A stretch of 64,000 nucleotides of DNA, taken from an uncultured Spirochaetota bacterium. Its GTDB lineage: Bacteria > Spirochaetota > Spirochaetia > SZUA-6 > Fen-1364. The notes beneath the pieces were generated by a model, which saw only the letters and a program-made list of their open reading frames with translations, was not told the origin of the DNA and did not search any database. Made by a program: the position numbers and the translations under genes. Location: NCBI GenBank assembly GCA_963845535.1, contig CAWJSK010000004.1, positions 32,001 through 96,000 of the forward strand. Reading direction: 5' to 3'. Shown here piece by piece: positions 29,977 through 39,598 of this stretch; position 1 is the stretch's first letter, and the number at the start of each line of letters is the position of its first letter.

Positions 29977-30406
29977 GAAGGCGAACGACACCTTTCTTCA
30001 GGATGATGTTGGCATACAGGGCGGTTTCCCCTGTTGCCAGGACGGCAAACGCCTCCCGTGAGCGCGCGTAGAAGGCGAACCGCTCCACCATCTCGAAGTC
30101 CTTGAAACCCGGCTCATGGCGGCGAACGATTGTGCGAAACTCATCCCAGATGACGGGCTTCGTCTGGTCACCCGGCACCACGGACATCAGCGCCGCAGGC
30201 CTTTCGACAAAGGAGTCCAGCGGAAAGAGCGCCAAGATGGCGTCCAGAAGCGCAGGGACAGCGTGGCCGTCCGCCCTGACGAGCCTGCGGGCCATGCCGG
30301 CGGAAGGAAAGTTGCCGTCAGCAATGACCAGCTCATCCCCGTGACCCATCTCAGCAATGATTTTCAGAAGCTCGGGAGAAAGCAGCGGAGAGATTCCTTT
30401 GAGCAT
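29969..30406 (-). CDS. RbsD/FucU-family sugar mutarotase/pyranase
   Basis: 'MLKGISPLLSPELL..EMGHGDELVIADGNFP', 'ERFAFY', 'TGETALYANIILKKGV'. Confidence 0.9.
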   Translation of the reverse strand: MLKGISPLLSPELLKIIAEMGHGDELVIADGNFPSAGMARRLVRADGHAVPALLDAILALFPLDSFVERPAALMSVVPGDQTKPVIWDEFRTIVRRHEPGFKDFEMVERFAFYARSREAFAVLATGETALYANIILKKGVVRLHG

Positions 30407-30491
30407 ATGTGCCTCTCGTTTCGAGGGACGGTAGCACCCCGGCTTGCCGCTGTCAATTGATCTCCTGCTGCCGCTGTCATATTCTCTGCAC

Positions 30492-30995
30492 ATGAAGAAG
30501 ATCCCTGCCATGGCGTTGTGTCTTTCCTTCGCGGTTTTGGCAGCGCTTCCGGCGCGGGCACAAAGCTCGGGAACAGCGGCCGCGGCGCCGTGCTCCGATC
30601 CGATGTCCGTTGTAAAAGCCTTCTATGATTCCAACGACGCCGGACGCTTTGATGCAAGCCTGAAGTACCTCGCGGATGACGTTGCTTTTGCCACGTGGGC
30701 CACGGGAGTCAACGGCCACCAGATGGTCTTGCGGCATTTGAAAGGCAAGGCGGCCCTACGGAAATTCCTGGGCCAGGGCCGTGGACTTCGCAGACGCCTT
30801 CCGGATTCACCGCCGGACGGCCCGGTGTACCATGAGAACCGCATCAGCGTTTCGGGGAACGAGGTGAAGTTCGTGCTCGAACCCGACAGGAAGCGTCCCA
30901 ACGGCGGGCTCTACGACTACTTCAGCGTCGACGCGATGCTGGAGGGCTGTCGGATAAAGTCACTGACCGTGATTGAACAGATCACCTGGCTGTAG
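30492..30995 (+). CDS. Secreted SnoaL/NTF2-like protein
   Basis: Signal peptide; 'VVKAFYDSNDAGRFDASLKYLADDV'. Confidence 0.6.
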   Translation: MKKIPAMALCLSFAVLAALPARAQSSGTAAAAPCSDPMSVVKAFYDSNDAGRFDASLKYLADDVAFATWATGVNGHQMVLRHLKGKAALRKFLGQGRGLRRRLPDSPPDGPVYHENRISVSGNEVKFVLEPDRKRPNGGLYDYFSVDAMLEGCRIKSLTVIEQITWL

Positions 30996-31089
30996 ATAAA
31001 CATCGTAGATAAGCATCGTTGACAATAAACGGCCTCCTTGATTGCGCCCATCATCTCCCCTACACTGTTCGGGCAAGAGGGCGACAGTG

Positions 31090-32883
31090 ATGGGAATGGA
31101 CAATTTCTGGCTGAAGGATTCGCGCAAGCTCGTCGACGTGGCTGTCGGGCGAAAGCCGGCAGACATCGTTATCAGTGACGGCAGATGGGTGTGCGTCCAG
31201 TCAGGGGAAGTCATTGAGCATACCGATGTCGCTGTCTCAGGACACCGCATTGCATACGTCGGGGATGACGCTCGCCATGCAATCGGTCCGGACACGGTTG
31301 TCCTGGAGGCAGAAGGCCGTTGCCTCGTGCCCGGCCTCCTGGACGGGCACATGCATGTCGAATCCGGAATGCTCACCGTGACTGAGTTCGTGCGCGCGGT
31401 GCTCCCGCATGGGACAACGGGCATGTTCATCGACCCTCATGAAATTGCGAACGTCCTGGGGCTGCGCGGCGTACGTCTCATGGTGGACGAGGCCGGCCAG
31501 CAACCCATCCACGTCTTTGTCCAGGTGCCAAGCTGTGTGCCGTCCGCCCCGGGGCTTGAGACCCCTGGCGCGGTGATCGGGCCGTCCGAGGTTGAGGAGG
31601 CGCTCACGTGGCCCGGCATCATCGGCCTGGGTGAGATGATGAACTTCCCCGGCGTTTACAACGGCAATGACAAGGTCCACGCGGAGATGTCAGCCACGCG
31701 CCAGGCGGAAAAAGTGATCGGCGGGCACTACCCTTCCCCCGATCTGGGGCTCCCTTTCCACGGATACGCGGCGGGAGGGCCGCAGGATGACCACGAGGGC
31801 ACGCGGGAGGAAGACGCTGTTGCGCGGATCCGCCAGGGCATGCGCGTGATGCTGCGCTACGGCTCGGCCTGGCACGACGTTGCGGCCCAGCTTCCCGCGG
31901 TGACTCGCGGGGGACTGGACCCTCGTCATTTCATCCTCTGCACGGATGACTCCCATTCGGAAACGCTCGTGACAGAGGGGCACATGGACCGGGTGCTTCG
32001 CCATGCAATCAGCGAAGGGCTTGCCCCTCTCCAGGCAATCCAGATGGCCACTCTCAATACCGCGGAGCATTTCGGCCTGAGCCGGGACATGGGTCAGATT
32101 GCCCCCGGAAGGTACGCGGACCTTCTCCTTGTGAAGGACCTCAGCCAGTTCCGCCCTGATGTTGTCATGGCTCGTGGGAAGGTGGCCGCAGAGGACGGGA
32201 AACTTCTGCTGGAGATGCCCACCACAACGTACCCGCAGTGGGCAATGCATTCCGTGCACCTTCTGCGAAAGCTCACCGCTTCGGACTTCCGCCTGCCCGC
32301 AGGGCACCTGGGCCCGCGGGCCACTGCTCACGTGATAGGAGTGATCGAGAACCAGGCGCCAACCCGGCATCTGAAGCTCAGCGTCGCGGTGAAGGATGAG
32401 GAGGTAAAGCCTGATCCCGAGCATGATGTTGCGAAGCTGGCGATCATTGACCGCCACCACGCAACCGGCAAAGTGAGCGTCGGCCTTGTCCAGGGGTTCG
32501 GCTTCACGGCGCGCTGCGCCGTGGCAACCACCGTAGCGCACGACTGCCACCAGCTCCTTGTTGCGGGAACGGATGAGGAGCAAATGGCCATCGCGGCCAA
32601 CGAGGTTGCCGCCAGTGACGGGGGCCAGGTCGTTGTCAAGGACGGCGCCGTGATAGGAAAGGTCGTGCTGCCGATTGCCGGTCTGATGTCCAACAGGCCG
32701 GCAGCCACCGTCTCCGAGCAGGCAGCCTCCGTGCTGGCGGGCTTCCGTCAGTGCGGATGCAGGCTGCACAATCCCAACATGCAGCTAAGCCTCCTGGGCC
32801 TCGTGGTCATTCCCGAGCTGCGCCTCTCCGACATGGGGCTCATTGACGTGAACAACTTCAACATCATCCGCGTGCTGGAATAG
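31090..32883 (+). CDS. ade: Adenine deaminase
   Basis: 'PGLLDGHMHVES', 'DPHEIANV', 'LGEMMNFPGV', 'DDHE', 'CTDD', 'TVAHDCH'; upstream TTGATT-17-TACACT. Confidence 0.92.
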   Translation: MGMDNFWLKDSRKLVDVAVGRKPADIVISDGRWVCVQSGEVIEHTDVAVSGHRIAYVGDDARHAIGPDTVVLEAEGRCLVPGLLDGHMHVESGMLTVTEFVRAVLPHGTTGMFIDPHEIANVLGLRGVRLMVDEAGQQPIHVFVQVPSCVPSAPGLETPGAVIGPSEVEEALTWPGIIGLGEMMNFPGVYNGNDKVHAEMSATRQAEKVIGGHYPSPDLGLPFHGYAAGGPQDDHEGTREEDAVARIRQGMRVMLRYGSAWHDVAAQLPAVTRGGLDPRHFILCTDDSHSETLVTEGHMDRVLRHAISEGLAPLQAIQMATLNTAEHFGLSRDMGQIAPGRYADLLLVKDLSQFRPDVVMARGKVAAEDGKLLLEMPTTTYPQWAMHSVHLLRKLTASDFRLPAGHLGPRATAHVIGVIENQAPTRHLKLSVAVKDEEVKPDPEHDVAKLAIIDRHHATGKVSVGLVQGFGFTARCAVATTVAHDCHQLLVAGTDEEQMAIAANEVAASDGGQVVVKDGAVIGKVVLPIAGLMSNRPAATVSEQAASVLAGFRQCGCRLHNPNMQLSLLGLVVIPELRLSDMGLIDVNNFNIIRVLE

Positions 32884-32940
32884 GTCCCCGCACCGGCGTG
32901 GCGCCGTGCCAGCGCACCCCCGACTCGGCGCGAGCCTCCG

Positions 32941-33939
32941 CTACTCTTTCTCGAAAGGCGTTCCCATGGCCGAAGGCGGAGTGGCGTTCATGGCTCGAAG
33001 GATCTTCGCGACGGCCCGCCGCGCGGGGGCCGGCAGCCTGGCCAGGGTTCGTTCGACCCATTCCGCATTTCCGATGTTCACGAGCAGAAGCGTGAGGATC
33101 ATCAGGGGGAAAGGAGCGACCTGAAGGACCTGGGAGGGGACGCCCGGAAGCGCCGGCTGAAGCACGAGTCCCAGCCACTGAAGCAGGGAGAACAGATAGG
33201 CGCCGAAAGCGGCTCTGAACGGATTCCAGCCCCCGAAAATAGTGATGGCAAGAACGATCCAGCCAATGCCGTCCAGGCCTGAGATAGTTCCCTTCCAACC
33301 CGCCTTTACCGACAGGGAATAGATGGGTCCGGCAAGACCCGCGATGGCCCCGCCGACCACGGTGTAGACATAGCGGAGCCTGTTGACGTCAGCGCCGCGA
33401 ACGTAGGCGGCAGCCGGCTTCTCTCCGATTCCGCGCAGCATCAAGCCCGCCCGCGTTCGAAAGATGAAGATCCATGCCAGCGCAATGAGAACGAAGCTGA
33501 GGTAGGTCATGATGTCCTGGTGAAAAAGCAGGGGGCCAAGCACGGGGAGGTCACGCAGGAACGGGATTGGAAGGATGGAAAGACGCGGCCCCGTGGACCC
33601 CATGATCGGGTTGCCGAGGAAATAGGAAAGATCGCGACACAGGAGCGCCAGTACGAAACCGACGGCGACCTGCGACTGGCGAAGCGTGATGCTCCCGAAC
33701 GCGACCACGAGAGCCACCAGCCCCCCGATGATCATTCCGCCCAGGAACCCCAGCACCACGTTGCCGGTTGCCAGCGCAATTGCAAACCCGCCCATGGCCG
33801 TCAGGAGGATGGTGCCGTTCATGGAGAGGTTGATGACCCCGGCCCGTTCGGAGATGGTCTCCCCAATGACGCCAAAAAGCACGGGCGCCGCCGCGGTGAG
33901 CACGCCGGCAAGACCGACCAGGAGAAGATCAAAGCTCAT
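32941..33939 (-). CDS. Nucleoside/purine ABC transporter permease
   Basis: 'GETISERAGVINL', 'GLMLRGIGEKP', 'GIGWIVLAITIFGGWNP'. Confidence 0.88.
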   Translation of the reverse strand: MSFDLLLVGLAGVLTAAAPVLFGVIGETISERAGVINLSMNGTILLTAMGGFAIALATGNVVLGFLGGMIIGGLVALVVAFGSITLRQSQVAVGFVLALLCRDLSYFLGNPIMGSTGPRLSILPIPFLRDLPVLGPLLFHQDIMTYLSFVLIALAWIFIFRTRAGLMLRGIGEKPAAAYVRGADVNRLRYVYTVVGGAIAGLAGPIYSLSVKAGWKGTISGLDGIGWIVLAITIFGGWNPFRAAFGAYLFSLLQWLGLVLQPALPGVPSQVLQVAPFPLMILTLLLVNIGNAEWVERTLARLPAPARRAVAKILRAMNATPPSAMGTPFEKE

Positions 33940-35009
33940 CCCGAGCCGCCCTTCGTGAGGCGCTGGCGCACGCCCTGGCCCATGATGACGAGCAGGACGA
34001 GCGTGCCCTGCAGCACACCGGCAAGCGAGGAATCCAGCCTCAACACGATGGGAAGCTGGATGCTTCCGACGTTCAAGGCGGCAAAGAAAAGCGCCACCGG
34101 CGCGGCAAGCGCGGCCTGGTAGTTCACCAGCATGGCCACCATCAGTCCCATGTACCCGTATCCGCTGGAGATGGCGGGGATCAGACGGTTGTACACGGAG
34201 GTGACCTGGATGGCGCCGGCAAGCCCGGCGAAGACTCCGCAGAGGGCGAACGCCGCCATCATGTACTGCCACGTGGGGACGCCGAGCAGGTAGGCGGCGC
34301 TCGCGTTCTTTCCCACGGCTTTCAGCCGCAGCCCGAAATAGGTGCCCCTGATCAGGAAGTACACCACGATGATCGCAATGACGGCGATGATGACGGCGGA
34401 CGGGCTGAGTCGGGATTGGGCGGTCAGGGTGGGAAGCCACAGCGCGTGCGGAAAGGGCTCTGTCCCCGACATGGAGGCCACCCCCGGCCTTTTCCACGGG
34501 CCGAAGATCAGCCACAGGTTGAGCGCCGTGGCCACGAAGTTCAGCCCGAGCCCGCCGAAGATCTCGTTCACCCCGCCGAAAGCCTTCAGCGCTCCGGCCA
34601 GCATGGCCCAGAGCGCCCCGCCCACCATGCCTGCCAGGATGCTTGCCGTGATGATGATTCCCGGGGGGAGCCCGCTTGACTGAAGAAGTCGAAGCGCCCA
34701 CGTGGTGAAGATGGCCCCCAGGATGATCTGGCCTTCTATCCCGATGTTCCACAACCCCACGGTGAACGTGAGGATGAGCCCGGCGGTTACGAGGAGCAGG
34801 GGAACCCAGGAGACAAGCACGTTCGATATCTCATCCCAGGTCCCCACGGCGCCGAGCACGATGTTCGCATACGCCGAAAACGGCGGGGCCTTCGAGATCA
34901 GGAGCACGATCGTGGTGAGGACCAGCGCAACCGCCACGGCGGCAACCTGAAAGAGAGCATGTACGGACCGGGATCCCCGCTTGCTACGCACGCGCTGTCT
35001 CCGACGCAA
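33936..35009 (-). CDS. Nucleoside/purine ABC transporter permease
   Basis: 'LWNIGIEGQ', 'GVNEI', 'GLRLKAVGKN', 'GYGYMGL'. Confidence 0.88.
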   Translation of the reverse strand: MRRRQRVRSKRGSRSVHALFQVAAVAVALVLTTIVLLISKAPPFSAYANIVLGAVGTWDEISNVLVSWVPLLLVTAGLILTFTVGLWNIGIEGQIILGAIFTTWALRLLQSSGLPPGIIITASILAGMVGGALWAMLAGALKAFGGVNEIFGGLGLNFVATALNLWLIFGPWKRPGVASMSGTEPFPHALWLPTLTAQSRLSPSAVIIAVIAIIVVYFLIRGTYFGLRLKAVGKNASAAYLLGVPTWQYMMAAFALCGVFAGLAGAIQVTSVYNRLIPAISSGYGYMGLMVAMLVNYQAALAAPVALFFAALNVGSIQLPIVLRLDSSLAGVLQGTLVLLVIMGQGVRQRLTKGGSG

Positions 35010-36477
35010 ACCGTTCCCAGCCTTTGCCGCCGATCAGCTCGCCGAGCTCTGCCACCGACAGTGAACCGGCGGGAAGGGGCGGAGAGACGCGACCGGAAAA
35101 AAAGACCATCACCCGGTCGCTGTACTGGAGGACCTCGTCCAGGTCAGCGGAAATGAAGACAATGGCAGTGCCCTGGGCGCAGCGCTCCTTGAGCTTGGCC
35201 CACACGTACATCGTGGATTCGATGTCCAGCCCGCGGGTGGGATGCTCGAGCAGGATCAGGGACAGCGGCGTGCGCAGGAGGGCAAGGAGCATCCTTTGCT
35301 GGTTGCCGCCGGAAAGCGATTCCACGGTGGTCGTGGGAGCCCCCTTGATGTTGAAGGTCTTGATTCGTTCGGCAGCCAGGCTGACCGCCGCGCGGCGGTC
35401 AATGAGAAAGCCTGAGGACCCCTCGGAAAGGACAAAGTGCTCCATGAGGGTCAACCCGGGCACGAGGCCACGCTCGAGACGCGCCGCGGGGAGGTAGACC
35501 ACGCCCTGTTTCTTGAAGGAGTGGTGGGACTGCCCCGTGACATCCCGGGAGCCCAGCCCAATGCGGCCGGCTACGGGGCGGATGAGCCCCGCGCATGCGG
35601 AAAGAAAAATCGACTGGCCGGACCCCTCCATTCCCGCGAGGCCTATGACTTCCCCTGCGCGCGCTTCCAGCGAGACGTCCTGAATCTGCAGCCGCACGCC
35701 TTCCAGGCAGACGCGCTCGAGACTGAGGATGGGCTGGCCCGCGGCGCCGCTTGTGCGGCCTGAGAAAGAGACTTCCCGGCCGAACATCATCTGGACCAGG
35801 CCGCGGGTCTGATAGGGCGGGGACGCGCTGCCCACCAGCTCTCCCTGGCGGAAGACGGCGACCTGGGAGCACAGGTACTCCACGTCCTCCAGCTTGTGCG
35901 ACACGAAAATGATGGTAACCCCGCGGGATGCGAGGGTCTTCAGGGTTGCGAACAGCTTCTCCTTCTGCGGCTGGCTGATCCCCGTGGTAGGCTCATCCAG
36001 GATGAGCACTCGGGCGCCCTGCCAGAGCAGACGCAGAATCTCCAGTTGCTGCCGTTCCCCGACGGTGAGCATGTCGACGTATGCGTCCGGGTCGAGGGCG
36101 AAACCGAACTGCGACGCCAGCGCCCGAAACTCCCGTGCCGCCCCTCTGCGGTCGGGAAAGAGCGGGCCCCGGTGACCCAGGATGAAATTGTCCACGATCT
36201 TCATGGGCGGGAAATCAAGGGGGTCCTGGTGGAGCATCCCGATGCCGCGACTCATGGCGTCTGCCGGTGAGTGGATGGCGACCGGCCTCCCGTCCAGGAG
36301 GATCTCCCCGCTGTCAGGGCGGATGAACCCCGAGAGGATCTTCATGAGCGTGCTTTTGCCGGCTCCGTTCTCCCCCAGGATCCCTTGAATGGAGGAGGAA
36401 GGGACGTCCAGGGAGATTCCCGCGTTCGCGTGGACCAACCCGAAAGTCTTGTGGATGTTTTGCAGCTCAACTCGCAT
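34984..36477 (-). CDS. Nucleoside ABC transporter ATP-binding protein (two NBDs)
   Basis: 'GENGAGKSTLM', 'LDEPT', 'LSGGNQQR'. Confidence 0.92.
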   Translation of the reverse strand: MRVELQNIHKTFGLVHANAGISLDVPSSSIQGILGENGAGKSTLMKILSGFIRPDSGEILLDGRPVAIHSPADAMSRGIGMLHQDPLDFPPMKIVDNFILGHRGPLFPDRRGAAREFRALASQFGFALDPDAYVDMLTVGERQQLEILRLLWQGARVLILDEPTTGISQPQKEKLFATLKTLASRGVTIIFVSHKLEDVEYLCSQVAVFRQGELVGSASPPYQTRGLVQMMFGREVSFSGRTSGAAGQPILSLERVCLEGVRLQIQDVSLEARAGEVIGLAGMEGSGQSIFLSACAGLIRPVAGRIGLGSRDVTGQSHHSFKKQGVVYLPAARLERGLVPGLTLMEHFVLSEGSSGFLIDRRAAVSLAAERIKTFNIKGAPTTTVESLSGGNQQRMLLALLRTPLSLILLEHPTRGLDIESTMYVWAKLKERCAQGTAIVFISADLDEVLQYSDRVMVFFSGRVSPPLPAGSLSVAELGELIGGKGWERFASETARA

Positions 36478-36520
36478 GGACAGCTTCTGTCACGTCCTTG
36501 GAAAAAAGGTCCAACCCGCA

Positions 36521-36556
36521 AAAGGGGGGGCGAGACGATGCACGTCCCGACCCCCC
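36521..36556 (-). terminator. Intercistronic stem-loop after the BMP gene
   Basis: Minus strand GGGGGGTCGGGACG-TGCAT-CGTCTCGCCCCCCC followed by TTTT. Confidence 0.6.
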
Positions 36557-36581
36557 GGCTTTTTCTGAGACCGAATGCAGT

Positions 36582-37784
36582 CTACTTGGAAACGCTTTGG
36601 CCTTCCATGCCTTTGAGAAGCTGGGGCAGGTACCACACCTGCTGATCCGTGGGTACCTTGCCGGCCGGAACGTACATTGTCCCATCCTGGAGGGTGATTG
36701 GTCCTTTCCAGAGGTTCAATCCACCGGCGAGCTGCTTGATGAACCTGTCCACGCCGGCCGACGCCGCCTTGGAGAGGGCGCTTCCCTTGTTGAAACCGAC
36801 GGCAGATGTGTCAGGGTCATTGATGTTCTTCCAGTCCGGGCCGTTCCACTCGAAGTGCGACGTCCAAGTCCCGTCCATGGCGGCCTTCACAGCCTTGACG
36901 TACGCGGGTCCCCAGTTGAAATACGGCACGCCGAGGGCGACGCTCGGTCCTTCCGCGATGGCGTCCTTGTAGTCATACGGGATTGCCCACACCTTCTTGC
37001 CCTGGCCGGCGAGCTTGACGGCTTCCGTGGTGGCTTCCGTGGTGTCGATTCCCGAAACGACCACGTCATAACCGCTGTTGAAGAAGTCATCCGCAACCTG
37101 GGTCGGATCAGAGGTGACGCCGGGGATATTGAACCAGAACCCGATCCAGGTGACCTTGAACTTCAGCTTCGCAGGATCCCTGTGCAGGTAATTCGTCCAC
37201 GCATAGCGCGCGCCGAGGTACACGGAGGAAGCCAGGCGGCGCGTCTCATCGTTGATGAGCGGACCCAGATAGCCGATCTGTCCGGTCTTCGTGGTAAGGG
37301 CCGCGGCCACGCCGGCGATCATCTTCATGTACACCATGCGCCCCATGATGTTCACCATGTTGGGAAGGTCCTTGTAATCCTTGCCTTCCTTCCAGACCTG
37401 GCTTCCCGATGACATGATCACGAAAATGTCGGAATGGGCCTGGGCGAACTTCACGGCTTCGTCACTCATGTCGTCCGAGCTGAAGATGATCAGCTTTGCG
37501 CCCTTGGCAACAAGGCTTTCGGCGAGCTGGGAGGCCGTGGTTCCCGGCCGGTCAGCCGGGTTGACCTTGTCGAGGTAGACCATCTGGACGCCGGACACCT
37601 TGTTCACGACGTACTGCACAGCGTCGTAGTTGGCCTGGCTCCAGCCGTGGTCATTGTAGGGGCCTACAAGAAGCAGGCCGACGGTGATGTTGTCACCAGC
37701 GGCCGGCAGCGCGCCCTGCGCGAACGCGGTGGAAGCGACTGCCATCACCGTCACGAGCAGGAACAGCCTGAAGATGTTTCTCAT
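36582..37784 (-). CDS. BMP-family ABC substrate-binding protein (purine nucleoside type)
   Basis: 'VGPYNDHGWSQA', 'TKTGQIGYLG', 'WIGFWF', 'FNWGPAY'. Confidence 0.88.
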   Translation of the reverse strand: MRNIFRLFLLVTVMAVASTAFAQGALPAAGDNITVGLLLVGPYNDHGWSQANYDAVQYVVNKVSGVQMVYLDKVNPADRPGTTASQLAESLVAKGAKLIIFSSDDMSDEAVKFAQAHSDIFVIMSSGSQVWKEGKDYKDLPNMVNIMGRMVYMKMIAGVAAALTTKTGQIGYLGPLINDETRRLASSVYLGARYAWTNYLHRDPAKLKFKVTWIGFWFNIPGVTSDPTQVADDFFNSGYDVVVSGIDTTEATTEAVKLAGQGKKVWAIPYDYKDAIAEGPSVALGVPYFNWGPAYVKAVKAAMDGTWTSHFEWNGPDWKNINDPDTSAVGFNKGSALSKAASAGVDRFIKQLAGGLNLWKGPITLQDGTMYVPAGKVPTDQQVWYLPQLLKGMEGQSVSK

Positions 37785-37928
37785 ACTCCTTCTCCTTAGC
37801 CGCGTCGTGCGTCTCGCTGGAAGGCACGGCATGTTTGATTGATTGCGGGGATTATACAACACTCGCGCTGTCGGCAACAAGCATTTTCACCCCGGGAACG
37901 CCAAATTTATCCGCTCGCAGAGAGTGAG

Positions 37929-38270
37929 CTATCGGATGGCGGCCTCGCCTCGTTCGGCAGTGCGCACTCGTACCGCGTCATCCACCGGGTGGACGAAGAT
38001 CTTTCCGTCTCCGATGTGGCCAGTCAGGGCCGCCTTCTGAATGGCGGCCACGATCTTGTCGATCTCGTCGTCGGCAACCACGAGCTCGATTCGGGCTTTT
38101 GTGATCAGATCCACCTTGTAGGTCCTGCCACGGACCTGCTGCTCGACTCCCTTCTCGATTCCGTGGCCTTCTATCTCGGAGATCATGAGGCCCGGGTGCC
38201 CAACCAGCTCGAGAGCTTTATAGACATCATTCACCTTGGAAGGTCGAATGATCGCTTCAATCCTCTTCAT
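37929..38270 (-). CDS. P-II family nitrogen regulatory protein
   Basis: 'MKRIEAIIRP', 'RGRTY', 'TGHIGDGKIFV', 'RVRTAERG'. Confidence 0.93.
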   Translation of the reverse strand: MKRIEAIIRPSKVNDVYKALELVGHPGLMISEIEGHGIEKGVEQQVRGRTYKVDLITKARIELVVADDEIDKIVAAIQKAALTGHIGDGKIFVHPVDDAVRVRTAERGEAAIR

Positions 38271-38298
38271 GTGACAAGCACTCCTTCCTTTTCAAGGC

Positions 38299-38314
38299 TG
38301 CAAGATATATGCCA
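38299..38314 (-). promoter_or_regulatory. sigma54 -24/-12 promoter for the P-II gene
   Basis: Minus strand TGGCATATATCTTGCA (GG-N10-GC), followed by RBS AAGGAAGGAG. Confidence 0.75.
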
Positions 38315-38525
38315 AATCGGCTTCAGAGGCTCATCACGCCAATTACTCCTTGTTATGCAAGGAGTAAGCCATCCATGGTTATGGAGTGAATGCTGTGAAC
38401 CCTGTACAAAGTTGTAGAAGCGTTCCGATGAATGCTACCAAATTGTATCCCAAGAACGGAGATCACTGCGCAATAAAGCGCGCCCTTCAACGTCGTGAAA
38501 GTCGATGGTGGCGCGCCCGGGGGTC

Positions 38526-39527
38526 TTACGGGAGCGGCGGTCCTGCTGTCGGCCACCCGTCCTCGGTCCACACGATGGGCCTCACCTGCAGGACCGCCAT
38601 CCCGCCCCGCGTGCCATCGTACATATGATGGACCAGCCAGTCGCGCGAACCATCGTTCAGCGCCGCGTTGTGGCCGGGGCCGTGCACGTCGTCATAGCTT
38701 TGCAGGACAATCGTGCCGCCTCCGTCCAGCATCGACTTGCCTTCCTTGTCCATGTACGGTCCGGTAAGCGTGGCTGATCGGCCAACGGCGATCTTGTAAT
38801 TGCTGTTGATCCCCCGACAACAGAAGTCGAACGAAACAAAGAGGTAGTACATCCCAGCGTGGCGGAAGATGAACGGCGCCTCGATGGGATCCGCGGCCAC
38901 CTCGGGGCGGCGCGCCAGGGAAATGAGGTCCGGCGGGTCCTTCACGAGCTTTCCCGTGTCAGCGTCGATGGCGGCCATTTTGATGCCGTCCCAGAAAGAG
39001 CCGAACACGAGGTAGTAGCGGCCTTCATCATCCCACGCAAGGTTGGGGTCAATCGCATTCCAGTCATCCTTCCACGGCAGGGATCCGATCACCTTCCCAT
39101 GGTCCTCCCAACGGTAGTCCGGGCTCTTGGGATCAAGGGTCGCGTTGGTGGCAAGCCCAATGCAGGACTGGTTGCTCCCGAACGAGGACACCGCGTAGTA
39201 AAGAAGGTAGCGTCCTTTGACGAACGAGATATCGGGCGCCCAGGCGGTGCCGTCGAACCTCGGCACGTCCTTGTACGTCCAGTCAGGAGGCGTGCGAAAC
39301 ACTGAGCCGACGACGTCCCACGACACAAGGTCGCGCGATCTCTGGATCGTGATTCCCGGTCCAGTGGTAAACACGTAGTACCAGTCCCCCTGCTTGATGA
39401 TTGCAGGGTCATGAGCCGGGGTGGGAATTGACGGGACGTCGGATGGAGCTGCGTCGAGCCCCACCGCCATGAGCGCAAGAAGAACCAAGACGACAACGCC
39501 TGTTCTCACGGTGTAATGATACGACAA
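38526..39527 (-). CDS. GH43 endo-1,5-alpha-L-arabinanase-like glycoside hydrolase (start uncertain)
   Basis: 'AHDPAI', 'WAPDI', 'NAIDPN', 'FGSFWDGI', 'IEAPFI', 'FDFCCRG', 'GPGHN'. Confidence 0.9.
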   Translation of the reverse strand: MSYHYTVRTGVVVLVLLALMAVGLDAAPSDVPSIPTPAHDPAIIKQGDWYYVFTTGPGITIQRSRDLVSWDVVGSVFRTPPDWTYKDVPRFDGTAWAPDISFVKGRYLLYYAVSSFGSNQSCIGLATNATLDPKSPDYRWEDHGKVIGSLPWKDDWNAIDPNLAWDDEGRYYLVFGSFWDGIKMAAIDADTGKLVKDPPDLISLARRPEVAADPIEAPFIFRHAGMYYLFVSFDFCCRGINSNYKIAVGRSATLTGPYMDKEGKSMLDGGGTIVLQSYDDVHGPGHNAALNDGSRDWLVHHMYDGTRGGMAVLQVRPIVWTEDGWPTAGPPLP

Positions 39528-39554
39528 AAAGGGCCCGTCGTGTTGGCGGGCCCT
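39526..39554 (-). terminator. Intrinsic terminator (copy 1, one stem mismatch)
   Basis: Minus strand AGGGCCCGCC-AACAC-GACGGGCCC-TTTTT. Confidence 0.7.
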
Positions 39555-39598
39555 GCCTTATGTCAGGCCAGGAATCTCTTTTCAGAGACTCTGTTCTC

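Noticed and set aside
32941..34752. 603-aa ORF
   Set aside because: The N-terminal part is an alternative frame of the upstream permease; the real start is 33939
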